A DNA stretch of 64,000 nt from Takakia lepidozioides (taxonomy: Eukaryota > Plantae > Bryophyta), in contig CM060731.1 of assembly GCA_030704615.1 (NCBI GenBank), positions 83,018,001-83,082,000 on the forward strand, given 5' to 3'. Each line of letters starts with the position of its first letter. The stretch's first letter is position 1. The translations under genes and the position numbers were made by a program. Shown piece after piece: positions 13,496 to 25,689 of the stretch. Below the pieces are notes generated by a model. It searched no databases, was not told where the DNA came from, and saw nothing but the letters and a program-made list of their open reading frames with translations.

Positions 13496-14063
13496 ACACG
13501 TCACAACGATGATGTCAGCCAAGTTAGTTTCAAGGTGAAGACTCCACATTCAGTGTACCTGATACACGCTAAGGAGGGAGGAGCACCACACATCAGTATA
13601 TATAGCTACACTTTCAGCACTCTTGCATCTTGTATTGGCAGCATGGAGTCACAAGAACCAGATACATTGGAGCTGTCGCTTACCCAACTATCAGATCAGC
13701 CGTTCCGACTCTCACGACCTTCAACATCACGCCACCAATGCGACGCGTACTTCCTCGTTTGGAACCCGTACGACGACAAGTGGAGCCTACTCGAAGTCTA
13801 ATAATCATGTTGGAGGTTGAGGCTTCGGACCCAGAGGGCAACGAAATCATGTTTGAAGGCAGCTTCAAAAATCAGAATGCTCAAATCACTGCGTGGTCCC
13901 AAGTTCAAGGTGTTGGACACTATCGATGGTTGTAGGGACCTATAAATCATTTGAGTCAAGAACGAAAAGCCGAATATTTGGCAAGTACCATTCGCCGGAT
14001 TTTGGATTTTCTCCAACTCTAAGCAAGTCCAAGATTTTACCGCTCCTCGAGGAACTCGACGCT

Positions 14064-14077
14064 AGGGGAGGGGGTGA
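14064..14077 (+). promoter_or_regulatory. Polypurine tract
   Basis: AGGGGAGGGGGTGA immediately before the LTR TG. Confidence 0.85.
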
Positions 14078-14490
14078 TGTCACGGACATAGCCCAGAAGA
14101 ACTTACCAGGAGTAAATACCAGAAGTTATCAAGTTATCATGTTATCGAAAGTTACCATGATTTACCGTGATTTATCATAAGTTATCATTAGTTACCAAGT
14201 TACCAAGAGTAACTTGAAAAACTGCTCAGGAAGCTTCATTTGGAGGAAACTTCTCCATCAAGAAACCTTTGTTTAACCTTGGAAACTTCTCCATCAAAAA
14301 ACCTCCATTGGGGAAGCTTCTTAGGGAACTTCCTAGTAGCTAGTATATATAGGAGGCGAGACTGGATACTCTTCAGTCTCGCCAACACAAGTTCAAGCTA
14401 CTCTTGTTTCCAGTTCCAGTACTCTAGTCCAGTTTCCAGTATTTGGTACTCCAGTCCAGTTTCCAACATTCCAGTATTCAAGTCGAGTTC
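14078..14490 (+). repeat. Chromovirus 3' LTR, truncated at the family-B LTR insertion
   Basis: Starts TGTCACGGACATAGCCC; its remainder was not found in the window. Confidence 0.9.
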
Positions 14491-15436
14491 TGTCGAGCGG
14501 CTTTTACTCACCCATCCCTTCGCTATCCAAGATGGAAACTCCAAGATAAAAGAGTTGGATATCTCTAAGCACTCAGCCCGCTCAGAACAATCAGTCATGA
14601 CCTACAGCTAGTGTATCATGGTTGTACTTCCTGTTCGTATTTCTTCTTGCCTTCATGGTAGCAATTTACCTTACTGTGTAAACTTAAGCATCAGATTGCT
14701 TCAGTATCTATCAGGTTCCATTCACGCATCCATTTATTCCACAACTTCACTCAAGTCTCTCTACACAGTGTGATTGTATCGAATAAGTATCAGATTAAGA
14801 CTTATCATATATCAGGCCAAAGCCATGGTGTCCCTAGCCTGCTCTACGGTATATCACTACAGCTTTGTATGTATCAAGCATCTACTAATCATCTCTCCTC
14901 CTTCACCGCGTTCTCCATCCTTGCTCCCATTCCTGCTCTTCGCTCGATCTCCTCTCGTGAATGACCAAGAAGTGCCCTCCGTGAAGTGTCCTCCATGATG
15001 CTTGCTCTGCCTAATTTATCTATAAGCTGTTCTAACCGCTTAACTAACTAACTGTCACCTAAGAAGTAAGCACGTTCCCTCTGCAGATGTCGGTCCCACA
15101 CAGTCATTCCCAGCCAATGATAACCGTTCCCTATGTACGCTGTGACGGGTTGTGCCAAGTTGTGTCGGGCTGTGACTGGTTGTGTAAAGCTGTGTCGGGC
15201 TGTGACTGGCTGTGTGAAACTGTGTTGAGCTGTGATAGACTGTGACTAATTGTGATAGACTGTGTAAGGCTGTGTCGGGCTGTGTAAGACTGTGTATGGC
15301 TGTGACTGACTGTGCAACCTTGTGTACCACCCCCTAAGCATGTGTTGGTCTAAGTCTACCATTGTAAGTCTGCGCAAAAATTAGGGTATCCCACAGAACC
15401 CGTAAAAGTGTCTAAGTCCGAGACAACCCTCTAACA
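14491..15436 (-). repeat. Family-B (Tat-like Ty3/gypsy) 3' LTR, copy 1
   Basis: Plus strand TGTCG...TCTAACA; reverse-complement PPT at 15437-15457; homologous to the LTRs at 17339, 34578 and 57519; CTGTG minisatellite ~15138-15315. Confidence 0.92.
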
Positions 15437-15469
15437 TTACCCCTCCCCCTCTCAAAAAGTCGTGTCCTC

Positions 15470-17338
15470 ACGGTTTATTGTTTAGGATCAGCAAACCTTT
15501 GTGAGCGAGCACCCTTCTGTCGGTGAGAGTCCTTTGGAGGGCTCTGTGTGCGAACCCGAGCCCTGTCACTGGCTGGTGGAGATTAGTGTCGACTAGCTGG
15601 TACTGCCGGCCCTGCTTTAGTTTGAGAAGAAGCTAAATATTGTGGTATAGGAGATCCTCATCATCTTTTCTCCTCCATTGCCAAGTCATACTCCTCAGCC
15701 ATGTCAAAGTCTCCTTCCACAGAACTAGTAGTATCAGAATCATCTTCTCCTCTGTGGCCTTTCGGTGGTCTGATCTTTTTGGGTGTCTCAGGAATCCTAC
15801 GTGGCATACAGTGTGGGCCCACCATGTCTGGAAGCTTAAACTGTACTACTTGCATCAATCGCTTGCAAACAAAATGAGTGTACTCCCTGAATTCTTTGTC
15901 TGTATAGCTGAGAGGTATGCCAATGACTTTGGAACAGTGTAAGTATTTCCAGGCTTCATGTCCTTTATAAAAAATATCGTCAGGGCCCAATTTTTCTTTG
16001 GTCAAGTTGTTCCAAGCCAAATTAAACCATAAACGAGTTGGGAATCCTTCTGCAACATGAATTTCGCATCATACAGATACATATGGGGTGGAACTGAAGG
16101 TAAGACCCAATGATCCCTACTGGAATAACTCAGAAATCTTGACTGCATCTTCTGCTACTCAATGTGATAACGTGCAATGAAACAAGCAGCATAATACAAT
16201 CCACAGCCCATGACCAAACTAGATACCTCCTTGGTCTTGGTGTAGATGTACCCATGAACAACCTGGAAGGCAATTAATTCCTTCAACATGGTGCCTGCCT
16301 CAGACCAGTACCTTGCAAAATGATGATCCTCAATGGGTCGATTGTTCGAAAGAACCTTACTCCGAGTTACCACTGGCAACCAAATGCGCATGATCTGGTA
16401 ATAATGTGCCAAAGACTGTGGAGGACTGAATTCCTTCCAAGCCAAATCCATCACAATGGGAATTTAGTTGAAGGGCATTATCATAGCCCGATTGTACTCA
16501 AGTGCAGCAGGAGTCCTAGGTGGGTTAAAAGCAACATCCCCCCAAACCTCATACTGTGGCATTGTCATGGTATCAACAGTGTCAGCCACCTGCACAGCCA
16601 CCTGCTGTGGGGGCTGTGATATTGCCGCCACTGTCCCTCCTACTGCTGGCAACTCCTGCACCTCCTGTGATGAAGACTGAAAAATCAGAGTCCAGGCATG
16701 CAAATAAGTAGCCACCAGCTGCTCCTCAGGAACAAAGACTCTTTTGTCAATGTTGGAACTCAAGTCATCCACTTGAGTCTGCAGCCCTTCCACATCATCC
16801 TGTAACTCCGCTATCCTACTATAGACATTGTCTATAGTAGTTGTGGCAATGTTCGACACCTGCAACCTGAGATCATTCATCTCCCCCTGGGTGAGCTTCC
16901 TTGGTGCCTTCCCTTCCACTGGCCCTTGTGTTAACCATACTTGCATAAGATGATTATCCACCAAGTCCTGTGTAGCACCCCTGAGAGTCTGCTCCTCCTT
17001 GAATCTGTACATATCTAACTGCTGCTGTAAAGCCTACATGCACTTTGCATAAGGTTCAACCAGGGCTGCATAGGCAACAGTCAAATTATTAGCTTCCTTC
17101 CGAGCCTTGTTAGCCAGAGAGAGTTCATTCTTTTGGCCCGTTAGTGTTTGCTGCAACTCCAGGATGTACCTTTCATTTTCAGCCTCGATCCGACTGTATT
17201 GTTGGAAGGTATCCTCATTGCGACGGATAGTAGCCTTCAATTCAGCAATGAGTTTCCTTTGCTCCACTGTCTCAGCCTCCACCATCATACACCTCTCTGC
17301 TTGTCTGTTAACTTCTAATGCAGTTTGCTCCAGAGCAG
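15470..17338 (-). pseudogene. Family-B 3' accessory ORF, copy 1 (decayed)
   Basis: Translates to the same protein as 48736-50550 (DLAWKEFSPPQS, NNRPIEDHHFA, IATTTIDNVYSRIAELQ); interrupted at 17339 by copy 2. Confidence 0.85.
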
Positions 17339-18462
17339 TGTCGCGCGGCTTTTACTCACCCATCCCTTCGCTATCCGAGGCGGAAACACCAAGATAGAAG
17401 AGTTGGAAATCTCTAAGTACTCAGCCCGCGCAGAACAATCAGTCATGACCTACAGCTAGTGTATCATGGGGGTGTTTCCTATTTGTTTTCCTTTCCGCAT
17501 TCATGTTAGCTAGCTACCTTACTATTGATAATTGAGTATCAGTTTGCTCATCAACTCATCTATTCATTCCACAGCTTCACTCAGATCTCTCTACACAGTG
17601 TGATTGTATCGTATAAGTATCAGATTATGATTTATCAGGTATCAGGCCGAAGCCATTGTGTCTCTAATCTCCTCTACAATATCACTACAGCTTTGCATAT
17701 AACAAGCATTTACTAATCATCTCTCCTCCTTCACCGTGCTCTCCCTGCTTGCTTCCGTTCTTGCTCTCCGCCCGATCCCCTCTCATCCATGACCAAGAAG
17801 TCCTCCCCCTCGAGTGCTTCCAAGATTCCTCCTCCCTCAGTCCTTGCTTCTCCCTTTATCTTCCTACCCGTGGCTCTAACCGTTTCCCTCACTAACCGTC
17901 GTCCGTGAACTAACATGTTCCATTTGCAGGTGTTGTTCCCCACAGTCGTTCCCTGTCCTGCTATCCGTTCCTTATGGTCGTGACAGCTGTGTCAAGCTGT
18001 GACTGGCTGTGTGAAACTGTGACGGGCTGTGACTGGCTGTGACGACTGTGACGGGCTGTGACGGGCTGTGTCGGCTGTGACGACTGTGACGGGCTGTGTT
18101 GGCTGTGATAGGCTGTGTTGGCTGTGATGGCTGTGTCGGCTGTGACGACTGTGTTGGCTGTGACGACTGTGATGGGCTGTGTAACCCCCCTCTACAGTGC
18201 GCTGTTATCACCCCTAAGGCTCCTGTTGGTCTCATTCTGTGCAAAAATTAAGGGTACTCCTCAGATCTCGTAAAAATGTCTAAGTCCCAGACAGTCCTCT
18301 AACATTACCCCTTCCCCTCTCAAAAAGCCGTGTCCTCACGGTTTACTGATTGCAATTAGCAAACCTTTGTGAGTGAGCAGCTTTCGGACGTTGAGAGTTT
18401 CGTGGCGGACTGTGTGTACGAGCCCGAGGTCTGTCACTGGTTGACGAAGATGTTTGAACACT
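17339..18462 (-). mobile_element. Family-B copy 2: 3' LTR (17339-18304), PPT and short internal stub
   Basis: TG...CA LTR and PPT; 18305-18462 matches 48705-48861, then switches abruptly to unrelated sequence. Confidence 0.9.
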
Positions 18463-18559
18463 CCCCAACCTCATCCATCACAGCCGCCTTGGTTGCCAAC
18501 TCCCTCTGAACCTCGAGCACCTCCCACGTGTGCCATGGATGCATGCACCCCGTGGTCCT

Positions 18560-19695
18560 CACATGCTCGCCCCCACTCACTGCCTGTACTGTCTCGGTAG
18601 GCAGAAAGACCATCGAGGGAAGTGTACTCCGCACTCTGCGTTGCTCAGCCATAGCCAAGCTGATAATCCAGGTCAAGCAATTGAGATCCATTGCTTGCCC
18701 CAACACTTGACGACGTGATGCCTCAGAAAGAGACAACACCGCCGTGGTACCAGTGGTAAAACCCATTGCCCGCTCACGTTCGTCAGCATTAGGCTCCACT
18801 AACTGCTGCAACTGAGCATCCCACAGGAGGCCAGGTCCACTATCCCGGAAAGCATGCGATCCTGGGAAGCTGAGCAGTGTAGGTAATGCTGCTCGTGGTT
18901 GACCCACCTTGTTGACCACTGCCAAAGGCGAACGGTCATCGTGTCTCACACGTTGAGACTGCCTCCCTGTGTCCAGAATGTTATCCACTGTGAGATGTGC
19001 TGGCCGCTGCACCCCATCAAATGCACGCTTGAGCAGTGCGGGTGGCATCATGTTAGTCCACCATAGCCGTGGACGATGAGCCCGTGACCCCACTGTAGCT
19101 GCATCCAGCAACACTACTGACCCAAGCCACGACCGGACTTGATGCACACTGGCCATCACCCTGGCCCGAGAATCGCCCATCAGTGGCACATTCTCCAAGA
19201 TGTATGCTGGAGATACAGCTTGATGAAGCTGCAAGTGGCGCAAAACCCGCACCATCTCCCAAAACAGACCCGACCTCGAGTCTCGCAATCCATTGCCATG
19301 CCCGGCTGATGAATGCCCTTGGCAGGGCCAACCTGCCACTACCAGATCAATGGAGCCAACCCGCTCCAAATCCTGCGCCCCCAGCAATGAAATGTCTGCT
19401 GGCAATGCCTGCTGATATCCACAAATTGCAGACACCGACAACAACTCAGGGTACCGCTGCACCAACTGAGCAATATGGCGAAGTGAAACGCGTCGTGCAG
19501 TCTCATCCCTCTCCACATACAGGTAACCGCTGCACCAACTGAGCAATATGGCGAAGTGAAACGCGTCGTGCAGTCTCATCCCTCTCCACATATAGGTAAC
19601 GTCGAACTCGTACACCTGCCTGTAACACAACAGCCAATCCGGTGCTGATCTCGCCAAACAAGTCCAGAAGACAAATGCCTTCATCCGGATACTGT
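18560..19695 (-). pseudogene. C5-cytosine DNA methyltransferase domain of the retroelement polyprotein
   Basis: Motif I LLDLFGEISTG (F at 19656-19658, in the protease frame), II YLYVERD, IV DLVVAGWPCQGHS (19319-19330), VI YILENVP (19187-19195), VIII HRPRLWWTN, IX ERERAMGF, X LGQAM. Disabled by a 73-bp tandem duplication and upstream stops. Confidence 0.93.
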
Positions 19696-19856
19696 CACAT
19701 AATAGGTGTGGTGTCCAATGGAGACAACTGAGGTGGTCCTGGTGCAATCCCCGCACTCTCCTCCTCTCCTGACGGTACAAAAGCCTCCACCCAGGCTTGT
19801 TGCACCCGTCGATCAGCATCCCGCTGCAAATCCTTGCTCGTGCCCCACAATGGAGT

Positions 19857-20460
19857 CTAAGCAACCATGGTAAGCAACTCCGCCATACCATACATGTCAT
19901 CTTGCTCTCCCGGAGGTGGCACATCCTCTGAATGAGCGTTGCCCTCAAGCAACTCTCTAGGCCAACTCACTGCCGCTGTGAATGCTGCTAGTGTCGGCAT
20001 CTTGCCTCGCTGGGCAACCGCAACTCCTCCTATGAACGTCACAGGGAGCTGCACATGCCGGCCCTCCCCTGACTGCCATGCAGGCCTATAGGAAGCCGAC
20101 TCCTCCAAAAAATCCAGGGTGAAGCCCATGGGGTACAACACTGCCCCACCAACCAGGACATCGTATGAGACCGCGTCTGTCACAATGGCCTTGGCTCGCA
20201 TCATTGAGCCATCTGTAGGGTGATCCGGCCGTAGTCTGATAGCCAACTCACGCCGTGTCATGCCCCGAGCCTGCACCGATCCTCCCAGAGACGTCTGTAT
20301 CTGGAAAGGACAAGGCTCCATATCCGCCTCCGTGAGGCCCAAGCCTGCAATAGCAGCTCTGCCCAGCATCAATGGCTGAGCTCCCGAGTCCAACAAGACC
20401 CGCAGTGGCTGGTACCTCTTGCCTGCCGGTCTATTCAAACAGAAAATGTCATCCTGGTTG
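19857..20460 (-). pseudogene. Retroviral-type aspartic protease
   Basis: RVLLDSGAQPLMLG ... YDVLVGGAVL; same frame as DNMT motif I. Confidence 0.88.
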
Positions 20461-20598
20461 TCTATTTGACAACTCCAGGTGTCACCATGGCGCGCTCAAT
20501 GGCTGGCCTAGCTGGCAGCTCCATCAACCTGACAGCTGCAGCTTGCCATGGCGCCGCCGTGGCAGTCTTGACCCTCAAATCCGAGGATCCCTCCGGCA

Positions 20599-22569
20599 CT
20601 ACACCTCCCCACTCTTACAGAGTGTAGCTGCTAGCCTGAACACCTCAGCTGGTTTTAACCCCGGCGTCGCAATCATGGTAGCTGAGAACAATGGAGCCTG
20701 GCACACAGATGTGGCCGCTCCTAGCAACACACTAGTTGTCGTAGCCATGGCAACACTAGGTAGTGGTGCTACCCGTGTAGCTCTCCCCAATGGCATAGTA
20801 ACCTCCGCCTCGGTAACAGTCGGGCGAGAACTAGGTGCCATGGATGGCGTCGACACTGTCTCCGCCAATGTGAATGATTGAGGAAGCCTAGCCTGACGAC
20901 TTGCCTCCCCACGCTATGGATCCAACTCCACCTCTGCACCTCGTGGCTCAGGAACTCGTGCTGCTCCTCGAGTCACGGCTGCAGCAGACTCCACCTGCAC
21001 TAGTGGTAGTGCTGTTCCACACATGAATCCCATGCCTCCCATATCTCCTCCCTCAGGAGTAGGAGGTGGACCATCCGGCCTTAGAGCCGGTACCACCTAA
21101 GCTGCAGCGAGCCTCTGCTCTAGCTGCTGAAGCCGGTTGGCCATGCCTTGGTCAACACCCTGACCTCCGCGCCCTTGGCCATGTTGAGCTTGCCCTTGGC
21201 CTGCACCTCGTGGCTGGCCACCTCGTCCTCTCTGGGCTGCTCCACCTCGCCCCCGGCCACCATTGTTCCCTTGGAACTAGCCTGGGCGCAACTCAGGATG
21301 CAAACCATAACACTGGGCCTCTCCATGCCCGTGCTTGCCACAATGCCCATAGTGCAATTGTGAAGGCTGTGCATGTGCCGGCCCTTTGCCTCCCTCTGGG
21401 CAATCCTTCTTGACATGGGGTCCTCCACATGTCCAGCACACCACATCCGCCCGTTGTTGGCCAGCAAATGAAGGGAGAGACCCCTGCATCTGAGGTCCTC
21501 TCTGCCCTTCCCTGAGCTTCACCTGAGCCCCCTTGTTGCCTTGAGCACGTTGAGGTAGTGGTTGACTAGGAGCACCACTACCCCGTGAAGTCTCCTTAGC
21601 AAATCCGACCATGACCACTCGTTCCTCCACCATGTTGAGCTCTATCTGCTCTGCCAGCAAAAACACAATTGCTAAGGTGGGTTGGGCCGCTTGTAGGAGA
21701 GTTGCATCCCGCACCTTTCTCCTCAGCTCCTTGTCCAATATCCCATACCAGAATTGGACTGCCTGAGCTTCCGTAACCCCTTGGGTTACATTTATCAAGC
21801 GCCTCATGCGAGTGAAAGCCTCCCTCAAGCTCTCGGTCGGCTTCCGTTGGAACTCTTGCAAGCTCCGCAACTTCTCTGTCCTCACCCCTTGGTAGTTCCC
21901 TCTCAACTCTTCGAAGAACTCCACAACAGGGTTGAAGGCAGGCACGGGTACTAGTGCTGGTGCGGTAGTGGCTTGGGTGGACGTCGTAGCTACTGTACCA
22001 CCAGTCCCACTAGTCCCTCTATTACTTGCTGAAGCTGCCGGTGCAGCGGCAAGTGTAGTCACTGCCCTCATGGCTCTAGTGCCCCTAGTGATGGAGACAT
22101 AGTCGGGTGACCAGTACATCCTCCACTCCTCGATCTCAACCTCATGCCCACGCCTGAACTCATGGTAATCATCCATAGGCGGCCCCTCAAGGTGCTGAAA
22201 CAGCCCTTTCCATGCCATGAACGGCGTAAACAGTTGTGGATTGCGCATTTGCTGCAAATCACACCAACTATCAAACTCTTGGATAAAATCATCCAACTTG
22301 ATGGTGCCCACCGCCCCAGAGTACCTTCGTGGCCCCTTGGTAGCTCCATACATCTCCTCCATTGTGTCCCACAACAATGGCAAAGAAACAACTTGCACCG
22401 CCGGTATGAGTCCTCCTGATTCACAATCCGAATCAGAACCTTCCGTAGAAGACACAGGAGGTGAAGGTGGCCTAAACCGCACACCTCGTCTTGTGTACCC
22501 ACTAGTATCGCTAGTGCTCGAACCGGCACTGTCCCCAGCAACTAGTGGCACCTCCGTGTTGACACTCAA
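20599..22569 (-). pseudogene. gag: gag with two zinc knuckles
   Basis: Capsid-like FQRKPTESLREAFTRM; CWTCGGPHVKKDC and degenerate YGHCGKHGHGEAQC; the frame continues through TAG stops to 20599. Confidence 0.88.
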
Positions 22570-22839
22570 CCGGTTATAAACATGTCCCTAATCCCCCCCT
22601 CCGTGTTGCAGCTTATGGTTTGGAATACTAAGTTCCTAACATAGCCTACACCTGTACTTGCATGACCATGGGAATATCATGAAGATACTCTTCAAACCGC
22701 CCTCCACGAGCTTCAAAATTCGGCCTTCAAGACCACATGCCAGTCCTTAGGCAGTCCACCAGTGCCTCCACAAGTCAGCACAGGCCGTCCACAGGTCAAC
22801 ACGGGCCACCACAGACCAGCACAGGCCCACACAGCTCAC

Positions 22840-23722
22840 TGGTCACAGCCGTCACAGTCCCACAGGCCACTGGGCACAGCCTGTCACAGCCCCTCATAGC
22901 CCATCACAGCTCGCCACAGCCCCAAAGGCCTCAGGCACGGCCTGACACAGCCCCTCACAACCCCTCACAGCCCCAAAGGCCTCAGGCACGGCCTGTCACA
23001 GCCCCAAAAGGCCACCGGCACAGCCCCTCACAGCCCATCACAGCCCCCAAGGCCATCGGCGCAGCCCCTCACAGCCCCTCACAGCCCCGAAGGCCACCGG
23101 CGCAGCCCGACACAGCCCCTTGCAGCCCGGCACAGCCCCTCACAGCCCCAAAGGCCTCAAGCACGGCCTGAAACAGCCCCTCACAGCCCCTCACAGCCCC
23201 AAAGGCCTTAGGCACGGCCTGTCACAGCCCCTCACAGCCCCTCACAGCCCCAAAGGCCTCAGGCACGGCCTGTCACAGCCCCTCACAGCCCTAAAGGCCA
23301 CGGGCACAGCCTGTCACAGCCCCAAAAGGCCACCGGCACAGGCCCTCACAGGCCCTCACAGCCCGTCACAGCCCCGAAGGCCACCGGCGCAGCCCGCGAC
23401 AGCCCCTCACAGCCCGTGACAGCCCCAAAGGCCACCGGCGCAGCCCGGCATAGCCCCTCGCAGCCCGGCACAGCCCCTCACAGCCCCAAAGGCTTCAGGC
23501 ACGGCCTAACACAGCCCCTCGCAGCCCGTCAGAGCCCCAAAGGCCTCAGGCACGGCCTGTCACAGCCCCTCACAGCCCGTCACAGCCCCAAAGGCCTCAG
23601 GCACGGCCTGTCACAGCCCTTCACAGCCCCTCACAGCCCCAAAGGCCACGGGCACAGCCCCTCACAGCCCGTCACAGCCCCAAAGGCCTCAGGCACGGCC
23701 TGTCACAGCCCCTCACAGCCCC
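22840..23722. repeat. CACAGCCC/AAAGGCC minisatellite in the retroelement leader
   Basis: Dozens of (T)CACAGCCC motifs with interspersed AAAGGCCTCAGGCACGGCCTG units. Confidence 0.92.
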
Positions 23723-25375
23723 TCCATGCCCCAAACACGCCACTAAACTCAACGGCAAACAGCCAAGCCCTGCTGGTTCCCAGCCCTTGTGAGCACTCAT
23801 TCAAGCACTCCTTGGCCGTAGCATCTGTCTTAGAGCCTATTCCAGCCCCCTACACCTGCTGCTTCAAGAGTTGCGCTCCCTCCAAGCTTGAAGTTGAAAC
23901 CCCAACTCACATAGGCCCTACAAGTGCTTTTCTTTCACTCCAAGTGGAAACCAGCCCTAGACCTTCCGTTCTAGCTCTCTAAAGCTTGAAAACAAGAGCC
24001 TCAATGGGCTGAAGGCATGCTCCACACATGCCCCACTCTCACCATAAGAGAATCAGCTCCTTTGCTTCATTTCTTGCACCCACAAACCTGAAAATACAAG
24101 CTTCAGCAGGCTGAAAGCATGCTCCACATGCCCTACAGGGAAACCAGCCCCTTCCTTCCTTCCTTGCACTCCCACACCTGAAAGTGCAAGCCTTCACCAG
24201 GCTGATAGCATGCTCCACACATGCATTGCCCTCACATAAGGGAAGTCAGCCCTTCCCTCTTCCTTGCTTGCCCTCTAAGCTTGAAGATGGAAGCTTCAAT
24301 GAGCTGAATACATGCTCCACACATGCAACCTCTTCACACAAGAGATATCAGCCCCCTATCTTGGCTCCTTGGCTCCTTGATGCTCTCTAAGACAAGACTA
24401 AGCACTCCACAGCCTTTGCCAAGCTCCTGAAACCCTAAGGCTTACATTTCCAGCCACAAGACACTTCTCTTGTGGTACAAGAGCTCTTCTTCCAAGCTCT
24501 GAAACCCTAGGTGCACATTCCATGGCCTTGCCGCACCTCTTAGCTCCTGTTCCAGCCCTGCTCTTGCCATGACAAGAGCCCTCTCAATGCTGAAGCTCGA
24601 GATTGAAACCCCCTCTCAACATACTCCACAAAGTGCACTGATTTGCCCCAAGCCAAATCAGCCCTTTCGCTTGGTCTTGCAATCCTTCACACAATGAAAG
24701 CTCGCATTCCCAAGTCCAATTCTCAGCTTTGCCACCAAAAGCCACTATAACCTGCTCTTGACTGGTCCTCTTCCCAATCGTGCTTGCTCATGCATGTACA
24801 CAATCTGAAACCATCAAGGTGCTCTTGAAGTACCTGCAGTATGGTGCTTTCATCTCTGAAGCTGAAGATCAAAATGCCAAGGTTTACCACCTCGTAACCC
24901 ACATCGCCTCCGCTTCTAACAACCAAGAGCTCCACGGTGCTCCTTGCATAACAACTTGGTTTCTCTCATTCTCAAGCAAAAACCACAAGTGCTACAACTA
25001 ACTTGTATCTGGCACTCATAGATACGAGCTGATCTTTCTCGAGTGATAAAAAAGAAGAATACAAGCACAAGCTCATGCGAGCTCACAAAGCTGAAGCATA
25101 AACTCATGCATATATAACCTCATCACTCAAATACAAGTCAAGCCAAGTGCACCCCACACCATGGGGAATCCACACTACGGCGCCATAGCTAGGCGCGGTG
25201 AGGCTCAACTCGAGAAAGATGAGCCTCCCGCGCTTGCCGTGAAGATAACCACTCCAGGGCCTAAATCTGCCTTGACCCCTGGATTGACACTTGGGCCAAT
25301 CCCAAATGTCAATATGTAAAAGCTAGTTATTTCCTAGCTAGTTTCACACTAGTGGTAAACTAACTTGACATAGCA

Positions 25376-25683
25376 GATCATTCACGGAGGAGATACTGAA
25401 AGTCTTGAGGGGAGAGGATGTAGCTTGGGCGGAGTTGATGTACAATGGTCTGGTGGAAGAGATGGAACGGTTACAAGGCACTGCTGCTAAATCTCCGATC
25501 ATTGTGTCTGGCCCTATAATTGCTCAAATTATTCTTGACTCTTGTTTGTTTGATGCGCGTGAACGCAAGGAGATGGTAGTGTTTGAGACAGCAACCTTTG
25601 CAATTGAGGAGCAAGGCTCTTCACATGGTGAAGGAGGATTGGAGGGGCAACACCAGTCTAAGAGGCAAAAGCGGGATACGACC
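25376..25683 (+). pseudogene. Inverted fragment of the family-B accessory ORF
   Basis: SFTEEILKVLRGEDVAWAELMYNGLVEEM...SGPIIAQIILDS matches the minus-strand translation of ~51530-51835. Confidence 0.88.
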
Positions 25684-25689
25684 AATAAA

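Larger units (their letters stand above)
9134..14490. mobile_element. Ty3/gypsy chromovirus (Tcn1/Tf1-like), decayed; 5' half inverted, 3' LTR truncated by a nested insertion
   Basis: gag, protease, RT, RNase H, integrase C-terminus and chromodomain; two homologous LTRs in opposite orientation; polypurine tract (PPT) before the plus-strand LTR. Confidence 0.92.
18463..25190 (-). mobile_element. 3'-truncated Ty3/gypsy-like retroelement encoding gag-protease-C5 DNA methyltransferase; 5' limit uncertain
   Basis: Collinear gag, protease and DNMT on one strand, with a long repeat-rich leader upstream; RT, integrase and LTRs not found. Confidence 0.75.

Noticed and set aside
18434-19948. 504-aa ORF as an intact host DNMT gene
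   Set aside because: Its N-terminal ~140 aa are out of frame because of the 73-bp duplication, motif I is in another frame, and its last codons come from a different element.
22737-23982. Pro/His/Ser-rich ORFs
   Set aside because: They are read-throughs of the CACAGCCC minisatellite; the same applies to short ORFs inside the LTRs.
25177-25185. TGGCGCCGT (minus strand) as the PBS of the DNMT retroelement
   Set aside because: It resembles a tRNA-type PBS, but no adjacent LTR-ending CA or second LTR copy was found; used only as a tentative boundary.
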